Shown one piece after another: positions 57,531 to 64,000 of a stretch of 64,000 nucleotides of DNA (within the stretch, counting starts at the first letter, position 1; every line of letters starts with the position of its first letter). Source of the DNA: an uncultured Chloroflexia bacterium. GTDB lineage: Bacteria; Chloroflexota; Chloroflexia; QHBQ01; JADMIH01. The stretch lies in contig CAWCNY010000005.1 of assembly GCA_963797095.1 (NCBI GenBank), positions 352,001 through 416,000 on the forward strand, in the 5' to 3' direction. The notes beneath the pieces were generated by a model that was not told the origin of the DNA, did no database searches, and worked only from the letters and a program-made list of their open reading frames with translations. The translations under genes were made by a program, and so were the position numbers.

Positions 57531-58265
57531 TTATGGAGTGTGAGCGGGACCGGTGCCACCGGCAGGGGCGGGACCACCAACAGATCGGGCTTCAAAATCG
57601 GACTCGGTTGCTTTGTCGCGGAACGATCTGTTGAATTGAGTAACAATGCCGCTCATATAATCCGTGCGCACTGTGGCCCCGGTGCCGGCGCCGTTATCAT
57701 CGCCCATGAGAGAGTTGACCGTGAAGCGTATATGCTGGTTGGCGGCGGGGGTACCGGAAGGGGTCTGGGCGTCGCGCTGCATAGCCTGGGCGCGCTCGAC
57801 CATTGTAGCGACGTTGCGGTCAAGCACGGGATGGGTTGAAGGGCCGCCGCTGGTGCCGGTGGGGGTGGCGGTGCTGTGGGTATCGACCTCAGCCATGAGC
57901 AGGGCCAGCATCTCGTCTATTTGCTGGCGGATCAACGGCGAGACCTGCGAGCTAAGAAAGTCTTGCACGGCGGTAGAAACCACGCCTTTGGAGATATTGT
58001 TGATGCGAACGCTAACCGCCTGGTTGAGGGTGCTGGTTCTACGAGCGGCAGCCCTAAAGGCAGGATTGTCGAAAGCAGCGTTGGTGCCCTCGCCTATCTC
58101 GGCCGGCATATTGGCGATTTGCGTAGACAGGAGGTCGCTGAGCGAGGCCCAGCGAGCGGTCATGGCTTGCAATCTCCCCTTCAGAGTCTGGGACACATCG
58201 AGCTCAAGGCGCGGTCTGCCGCGCCCGCCTGGGCTTTGGGGGATCCCCACTTCGGCGTTCGCCAT
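57531..58265 (-). CDS. Hypothetical protein; in-frame continuation of 58278-59954 beyond a single TGA
   Basis: Same frame: CTG AGT TGA GCC GCG CAG GCT ATG. No convincing SD before ATG 58265. Confidence 0.55.
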   Translation of the reverse strand: MANAEVGIPQSPGGRGRPRLELDVSQTLKGRLQAMTARWASLSDLLSTQIANMPAEIGEGTNAAFDNPAFRAAARRTSTLNQAVSVRINNISKGVVSTAVQDFLSSQVSPLIRQQIDEMLALLMAEVDTHSTATPTGTSGGPSTHPVLDRNVATMVERAQAMQRDAQTPSGTPAANQHIRFTVNSLMGDDNGAGTGATVRTDYMSGIVTQFNRSFRDKATESDFEARSVGGPAPAGGTGPAHTP

Positions 58266-58277
58266 AGCCTGCGCGGC

Positions 58278-59954
58278 TCAACTCAGGGCGGGGTCAGCGC
58301 GACCCGACCCCGATGTTTCTATGCTGACGTTGACCTGAGTGGAGGTGCCAGCGTCGTTGACATAGGGGATATTGACGTTTGTGCCTGCATTGTAGGCAGC
58401 CATGAACGTTTGGCCGTACGCGGATTGGAGGAGAGTGCGGAAGTTGGCGGGACTCAGCTCGCGCGCCACTTGACCCCGAACGAGACGGTCAAAGTCATGG
58501 TGCTTGCTTTTGTTCTCAAAGCTCCTTTCAACAGCGTCAAGCACGCGTGGGGAAGCATGCGAGGCAGATAAGATGCTTATGACGCGCTCGATGATGTTGT
58601 GAACGGCCCACGATTGTTGCAGACCTTCCGATAGCTTGTGCTCCAGGAGAGCGTGCTGAGCGCGAATCTCGGCATCGACGCCGTTGCTGATGGCCCTGAT
58701 ACTCTTCTGAATGGCGGGAGCAAGAGCAGCGAGCAAAATCTGGCGAGAGCCTGCGCGGTCCATGGCGCGGTTCATCTGCGTCTCTTCGGTAGGAGATATT
58801 TTGTGGAAGAGCGCGTGCATCTGGGGATTGCTCTGCGAGTACTCGTCCGGGATGCCAAGCAAATGGCCGTATTCGTGCGCGTAGATAATGTCGGGCGAGG
58901 TAGTGCCGTAGTTATGGGTGTCCATATACCAGTTGCCGGAGTTGATTGCGCCCTTCCTGCGGAGGTCCGGTCCGCGACCATGTGTCCTCGTGTCCTCGGC
59001 GGTGGGATCGGCGGTGGTATCGTCTGCGGCTTCGCTGTGAAGGGCTATTTCCTGGTCGTGAGTGCCCGTGAGGCTCCAGACAGGCTCCAGGTTGAATTCG
59101 ATGGGCAGAGAGATTTCGCCGGACGTGGGAGAAGCAGGAGTGGCCCCGGGGCTGGGCGGGGTGGCAGGCGCGGGGGAGGTCGATGTGGAGGACGTAGTAG
59201 GCAATGGCACAGGAACGGGCGCGGGAGCGGCAGGGGTTGGCGCGCCGCTGCCCGCAGGTGCGGCCGGGGCGGGGCCCGAAGGAGCAGGTGGAAGGCGGTG
59301 GCCCACCAGCTTGAACTTGTTGTTCCAATTACGGACGATTGCATCCTTGTGGTCGCGCACCCAATTACGCCTGGTATCGGTGGCTGGGATCTCCTGCTTG
59401 AAAGGTGAAGTCGGGATCGGATCGTAGTACTGGATACGTATGTTTACGCGCACCTTGTTTTCGGTGGTGAGTCGGTCAAGCTGGTACTGGCCCGATTGGG
59501 AGTAGTCGTTAGGGTGGTAGGTGCCTGGGGTGTTGCGCTGGGCTTGGGTGGCCGTAGCCGGTGTATAAGATTGCAGAAGTGTTTCATCGAATCCGGAGGA
59601 TACACCGATCGGCACCCGCTGGGCGGGAAGGGTGCGACTACTCGTTGATTTCTGGAGTCGGCGAACGTAGGCGTTGCCATAGGTGCCCTGCATTTGTAGG
59701 TACAGGTCGGCACGTGGCCGGTCGTACATTGAGCGGCGCAAGCGGGGGTCCCCCATAAGACTTGCAGGGGTGCGCTGAGTGGGATCGCCCGCCGATGGTC
59801 CGGCGGGCTCGAGGGTGGGCCCTGCTCCATCCAGAGATTCGAGCATTGGGAGGGCCAATTCGTGGGTAGCAGCCTGAGAGGGGGGTTGCGACTGGGGGCC
59901 CGACCGCGCATGGCGAGCATCGTCATCGCGGGTGTGGTCGCTAAGCTCCGACAC
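58278..59954 (-). CDS. Polymorphic-toxin-like zinc metallopeptidase with an eCIS-cargo-like N-terminal motif
   Basis: YAHEYGHLLGIPDEY (HExxH plus DEY); N-terminal LQMQGTYGNAYVRRL...QR; AAGGAGG SD; no signal peptide. Confidence 0.7.
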   Translation of the reverse strand: MSELSDHTRDDDARHARSGPQSQPPSQAATHELALPMLESLDGAGPTLEPAGPSAGDPTQRTPASLMGDPRLRRSMYDRPRADLYLQMQGTYGNAYVRRLQKSTSSRTLPAQRVPIGVSSGFDETLLQSYTPATATQAQRNTPGTYHPNDYSQSGQYQLDRLTTENKVRVNIRIQYYDPIPTSPFKQEIPATDTRRNWVRDHKDAIVRNWNNKFKLVGHRLPPAPSGPAPAAPAGSGAPTPAAPAPVPVPLPTTSSTSTSPAPATPPSPGATPASPTSGEISLPIEFNLEPVWSLTGTHDQEIALHSEAADDTTADPTAEDTRTHGRGPDLRRKGAINSGNWYMDTHNYGTTSPDIIYAHEYGHLLGIPDEYSQSNPQMHALFHKISPTEETQMNRAMDRAGSRQILLAALAPAIQKSIRAISNGVDAEIRAQHALLEHKLSEGLQQSWAVHNIIERVISILSASHASPRVLDAVERSFENKSKHHDFDRLVRGQVARELSPANFRTLLQSAYGQTFMAAYNAGTNVNIPYVNDAGTSTQVNVSIETSGSGRADPALS

Positions 59955-60031
59955 GGCAAACCCTCCTTTTAGATTGGAGCGTAGGAGAAGGAAGATGATC
60001 TCCTATTGCTCGGAATGAGCTATGGGAGATC

Positions 60032-60060
60032 ATCTTACAGTAGAGGTGGGATGCTGTCAA
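60032..60060 (-). promoter_or_regulatory. Sigma70-type promoter for the toxin-like gene
   Basis: Minus strand TTGACA-N17-TAAGAT. Confidence 0.65.
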
Positions 60061-60110
60061 TTCCCCGATCAGTGGTTTACGCTCAAAGTTAGGATAGAGA
60101 AAATACCGGA

Positions 60111-60388
60111 GTAGGGGCACCCCTGGTGGTGCCCTGTTTGCATGCCTCGATCTCTCCCCACCAGGGCACTCACAAGGGGCAGTGTTGTCGCATAAAAACA
60201 CCAGCATAGGAAAAACCAATTGTAAAGTGTACCCCTTGTAAGCACCCGATGGAATGCCACCCAAACCAAGTCCCTTCGGGACTACTTGCTTTGGGTGGTA
60301 ATGGGGCAGGACACCCGTTAGCAATACCCCCACCTGGGCTATGTTCGTGGGTTTATGCGACAACATTGCCCATAAGGGGTGCCCCTAC
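60111..60388. repeat. GTAG-type REP doublet enclosing a MITE-like insert
   Basis: GTAGGGGCACCCCTGGTGGTGCCC at the left; GGGCACTCACAAGG[insert]GGTGCCCCTAC at the right. Confidence 0.75.
60178..60370. mobile_element. 193-bp MITE-like element with 19-bp terminal inverted repeats
   Basis: GGCAGTGTTGTCGCATAAA and TTTATGCGACAACATTGCC (18/19); flanks CACAAGG and CATAAGG (6/7) as a decayed target duplication. Confidence 0.7.
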
Positions 60389-60673
60389 TCTGCTTCTTAC
60401 CCCCAATCGGAACGTTTACAATCAGTGGATTGTCAATGGAGTATGAGTGATCGTCTATTCCACGGATCACTCATCTATCCACTCTAAGCCACACTTTCCA
60501 GCGTGCGCCCCAGAAGACTGTACTTAAGTACACTCCAAAACCTGCCCCGAAACGTCCCGTCTTTGCCTATAAGTATATGGGGCGATCTATCATCCCTCTC
60601 CCAACATCCCGGGAAACCGCATCGCCGGTTATACCAAAGTACACATTTGACAAGGGTTCCTGAGGTAAGTTGC

Positions 60674-62230
60674 TTAACGGAGGGTGAAGCCAACCACGCC
60701 CTGCTGGCCGGAGGTCAGGCCATCTAGCTCGAAGAGCCAGGTGCCGAGGGGTGGTGATGGGAAGGTATCGGCAGGCACAAGGGTGAATAGCACCTGCCCG
60801 TCCGGGCCTGCCGTGTAGTGGCCGCCTGTATCGGGTGGGTAGAGGGTTGCGCCGCCGGGGTCGGTGAACTCGACCTGCACGTCTTCATTAGGAGCAAGGC
60901 CGGTGGCTCCAAAGGAGAAAGTAGCTTCAGGCGGCCCATATGGGGGGCGCACCAGCACTACCAGGCCCACCGGCGGCTCGGTTGCGACGGGTGGGAAGGT
61001 GGGGGTAGGAGTGGGGTCGGGGTCGAACTCGGTGGGGGTGGTTTCGGGAGGTGGAGGGAATGTGGCCCTGGCAGTGGGCCAGCCCGCCGGGGAGGTAGGG
61101 GCTTCCGTAGGAAAGTAGGGGGTTGTGGAAGGAGTGGAAGCGGGCGGGGTGGCCGTGTTGGTGGCTGGTAACGAGGTGTAAGTGGCAGTAAGCGAGGGCG
61201 CAGGCGTGGATGTTGGAGTCGGCGTGGGAGTAAAGGCCACCAGGGGAGCGGGGAGAGGCCCGCCGTACAGCCATCTATAATAGTGAGCGCCTACATTGCC
61301 CATCTGGACCTGCCAGCCCTGTGGGAAGGAAGGGATGTAGGCGAGGGCGCGACGCTGGTACATCTGGAACAGGGCGTCGTAGTAGATGCCGTCGATCTTG
61401 ATACGCGCCCAGTAGGGTTCGGTGATCGGGTAGCCCATGACGAACACCCAATCGGCTATTGTGCCTCCATCCTTGAGTGCACCGCCCTCCTCGACCGGGC
61501 CTTTGAGGTTGAGGAAACCCCACATAGCCTGGGGGATGTTGTGGCCGAGTTCGTCGCTGTAGGCGGCGATCACCGCACCCGGATAGAAAGCCATCGAGGG
61601 GTTGTCGCCAACTATACCGGCACGATTGATGGTGGCGGTGACCGATTGGCCGGTGCGGTTGGGGGCGCGATTGGCCCCCGGCCCTGTGAGAGAGGCCACG
61701 GGGCGGAAGGAGGTGTATGTGGGAGCGTCGGGGTCGGTGGAGAGGCCGTCGCCGCCGACCGCTATCTCGGCGGGGCCAATCGGGTTGAACTGAGAGTCGC
61801 CCACCTGTTCCTTACCCGATACCATCTCGGAGACGAGAAGGCCGGTGGTGACGTACCAGGGAGAGGAGCGGTCGCCATCGGGGTCGTTGATCTCCATGCG
61901 GGCCTTGTCGAAGTACTGGACGAGGCGCGTGCCCGACACGCTGCCGGAGTAAGGCTCGGTCTTGACCTCCCCCGGCTCAGGGCCCCAGTACCAGCTACGC
62001 TGCACAAGGCCGTTCGATACAGGAGCATCGGTGCGCCCCCATATTTGCTGGAAGAGTGGGTCGGAGAAGGCAGCGGGGGCGGTCAGGAGCGCGGAATGTG
62101 GAATGGGGAGTACGGAATATGGGGTCTGAAAGGCGGGGCCGGACGGTGGGGCAGCGGATGCCGGTGCAGAGCCGTGCAAGAGGGCCGCAACTGTTAGCAG
62201 GAGTGCAATAGTGATTCCGAACTGCTTCAC
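60674..62230 (-). CDS. Secreted protein with an RSWxWGP/GxPITEPYW domain, Pro/Thr linker and small C-terminal beta-domain
   Basis: Signal peptide; WGRTDAPV...RSWYWGP...VQYFDKARME...GYPITEPYW...GNVGAHYYRW. Promoter TTGACA-N18-TAAACT (62237-62266) ends 6 nt before the GTG. Confidence 0.8.
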   Translation of the reverse strand: MKQFGITIALLLTVAALLHGSAPASAAPPSGPAFQTPYSVLPIPHSALLTAPAAFSDPLFQQIWGRTDAPVSNGLVQRSWYWGPEPGEVKTEPYSGSVSGTRLVQYFDKARMEINDPDGDRSSPWYVTTGLLVSEMVSGKEQVGDSQFNPIGPAEIAVGGDGLSTDPDAPTYTSFRPVASLTGPGANRAPNRTGQSVTATINRAGIVGDNPSMAFYPGAVIAAYSDELGHNIPQAMWGFLNLKGPVEEGGALKDGGTIADWVFVMGYPITEPYWARIKIDGIYYDALFQMYQRRALAYIPSFPQGWQVQMGNVGAHYYRWLYGGPLPAPLVAFTPTPTPTSTPAPSLTATYTSLPATNTATPPASTPSTTPYFPTEAPTSPAGWPTARATFPPPPETTPTEFDPDPTPTPTFPPVATEPPVGLVVLVRPPYGPPEATFSFGATGLAPNEDVQVEFTDPGGATLYPPDTGGHYTAGPDGQVLFTLVPADTFPSPPLGTWLFELDGLTSGQQGVVGFTLR

Positions 62231-62287
62231 ACAGGGAGTTTAGCACGGGCGCGAGTGGTGTGTCAAAAGAATGTGGAGCGGAGATCT

Positions 62288-62327
62288 AAAATGCAGGAAT
62301 TGGCGATCACGCCGCCAATTCCTGCAT
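62288..62327 (-). terminator. Intrinsic terminator after the protease gene
   Basis: 15-bp perfect stem ATGCAGGAATTGGCG/CGCCAATTCCTGCAT with a short U tail on the minus strand. Confidence 0.75.
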
Positions 62328-62340
62328 CCCACTCGTCGCT

Positions 62341-63900
62341 TTATCGCTTGCTTATAGGGATCGCGTCCACATTCAAGAGGTCCGGAGAGTTGGCTGAGAT
62401 CTCCAGGCCGCCCTCGAAGCCGCGAGCCTGGTAGCCGTCGGCCAGCACAACCACCGTGTAAGTGTCGCCCGCCGGAATGGGAGGTGCGGTGATGTAGAAG
62501 CCGCCACCATCGGTAATGCCGGCAGCGATCGTCAGCGATTGCAGGTTGTTCTGCGTGATGTCGTCCAGGCTGGTGCCGGGCTTGAGGATGAGGATGGCAG
62601 CGTTGGGAACGCCATCGCCTGTGTCGGCATCGACAATCTGGCCCTGAAGGGTAACGCCCTCAGAGTTGGGATTGACGGGTGGCGGTTGGGGCGCTGGTTG
62701 GCCACCCTCACCGATGGTGAAGGTGCCGGTCTGCGCCACGCTGCCGTTTACATATAGGTCTAGCTCATAGTCACCGTCAGGGAGGCCACCGTCCAGGGAG
62801 ATGCTAACACCGTTGGTGCCCTCGGTTCCACTGTCCCACACCCCATCCGAGCGCTGGTCGATAGCGACCTGGCCGTTGTACTTCCAGACAGGACCCCACG
62901 ACGTACCGTTGCGCATATTCTGATAGGCGAAGACACCGATGACCTGCTCGGTGCCGCTATCGAATTGAGTGCCGACGCCTTCAAGCTGGTTGCCCTCGAT
63001 CTCGGTGCCAAACGTGATAGGGCCGATCTGGTCGCCGCCGGAGGGTGTGGGTTGGGGCGTAGCCGGGGAGATGGTCTCGGAGGGTAGGGGTTGGGGCGTA
63101 GCATCGCCTAGCTGGATCACCTGCTGGATGTAGGGGACAGCAAGGTTGATCATGCGAATTCCGCCCAGGCCCTGCCCAATATCGGCATGAGTGGCGAATG
63201 TAGGGATGCCGATCTGGTCGCCATCGTCGTTGGTGGCGAGGCCGCCTGAGTTGCCGGGGCTAATGGGGGCGTCCGTCTTGAAGGAGTCAACTGTGCCATC
63301 TTTGGTCTGGTCATCGAACCCTGATATCTTACCTTCGGTGTAGGTGATCAGGTCGCCACCGGCAGCGGGATAGCCGAAGATGAAGACGGGGTCGCCTATA
63401 TCGACCTGATCGGAGTCAGCGAGGCGCATGGCTGGGATCGGGATGTTGGCGGGCAGGGTGGCCTTCGGATCGATCATGCTGAATATCTTGACGACTGCCA
63501 CGTCAACATCGGGGTTGCCTGCCTGTACGCGGGCGAAATAGGTGGGTTTGGGCAACTGCTTGGGATCGGTCTGGGGGGCGATTGCCACGATGCCATCTGG
63601 GTTATAAGTCTCGCCGTTCTTGAGGCCGAGCCCCGTGTCATCAGGTCCGTAGAGGTCGGTGTGGCCAACGCAGTGCCAGTTGGTGACGATCACGCCATCA
63701 CCCAGGTAGGTGCCTGTGCAGGTGCCGAGCACTTTGAAATCGGCATCTATGATGAGGATTTTGACGGCCGCCAGCAGACCTTTATTGCGGGCCTCTTTGG
63801 TGATAGCCTGGGTTTTCAAGGGCGCGAACAGAGCGCCCAGCAGCAAAATGCTGACGGTGAGCACAATCCAGGCTCGCGTTTTGTTTATCCTTCTGAGCAT
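62341..63900 (-). CDS. Secreted trypsin-like serine protease with C-terminal beta-sandwich domains (carboxypeptidase-regulatory-like)
   Basis: Catalytic triad motifs TNWHCV, DVAVVKI and PGNSGG; C-terminal GQIVDADTGDGVPNA. Confidence 0.9.
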   Translation of the reverse strand: MLRRINKTRAWIVLTVSILLLGALFAPLKTQAITKEARNKGLLAAVKILIIDADFKVLGTCTGTYLGDGVIVTNWHCVGHTDLYGPDDTGLGLKNGETYNPDGIVAIAPQTDPKQLPKPTYFARVQAGNPDVDVAVVKIFSMIDPKATLPANIPIPAMRLADSDQVDIGDPVFIFGYPAAGGDLITYTEGKISGFDDQTKDGTVDSFKTDAPISPGNSGGLATNDDGDQIGIPTFATHADIGQGLGGIRMINLAVPYIQQVIQLGDATPQPLPSETISPATPQPTPSGGDQIGPITFGTEIEGNQLEGVGTQFDSGTEQVIGVFAYQNMRNGTSWGPVWKYNGQVAIDQRSDGVWDSGTEGTNGVSISLDGGLPDGDYELDLYVNGSVAQTGTFTIGEGGQPAPQPPPVNPNSEGVTLQGQIVDADTGDGVPNAAILILKPGTSLDDITQNNLQSLTIAAGITDGGGFYITAPPIPAGDTYTVVVLADGYQARGFEGGLEISANSPDLLNVDAIPISKR

Positions 63901-64000
63901 TCTGTCACTCCTATCGTGGATTGAGTGTTACGAGGTCACGGCAGCTTCCAACCGCCCAGCAGGCGGTCGCGGAGGCCGGAAAGGTCGTCCCATCGGCTCG

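Noticed and set aside
364-63924. Numerous short overlapping or antisense ORFs in the track
   Set aside because: Shadow frames of well-supported genes in GC-rich DNA, with no motifs or translation signals.

Overview
GC-rich bacterial chromosomal window, probably Chloroflexota (inferred from the Cys-rich SLH-type surface protein and two paralogs of a secreted RSWxWGP/GxPITEPYW family that I recall from that phylum). Contents in order: a purine-catabolism operon (xanthine dehydrogenase, allantoinase, allantoate amidohydrolase, HIU hydrolase, uricase, OHCU decarboxylase); a 2768-aa modular NIDO-like/Kelch/SLH surface protein; an ABC permease with a very long HlyD-type adaptor; a PucR-type regulator; a 1.06-1.08-kaa orphan next to tRNA-Sec; a MoxR/DUF58/DUF4350/DUF4129/SpoIIM/RDD cluster interrupted by accessory DNA (decayed DUF433/DUF5615 pair, IS1380-family element inside a VOC gene, GNAT, Mrr-like nuclease broken by a 20-bp duplication, orphan Phd antitoxin); PIN-TRAM-ispD-ispF-dtd; a candidate leader-peptide attenuator; pyrB; an S9 peptidase; xseAB with a frameshifted trmD; a polymorphic-toxin-like metallopeptidase split by one in-frame UGA; nested REP/MITE elements; and a trypsin-like protease. 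Heptamer tandem arrays occur at many gene junctions. Best novelty candidates are the Cys-bracketed module architecture of the surface protein, the UGA-split toxin-like gene, the heptamer arrays and the attenuator. All calls come from reading motifs by eye; no searches were run.
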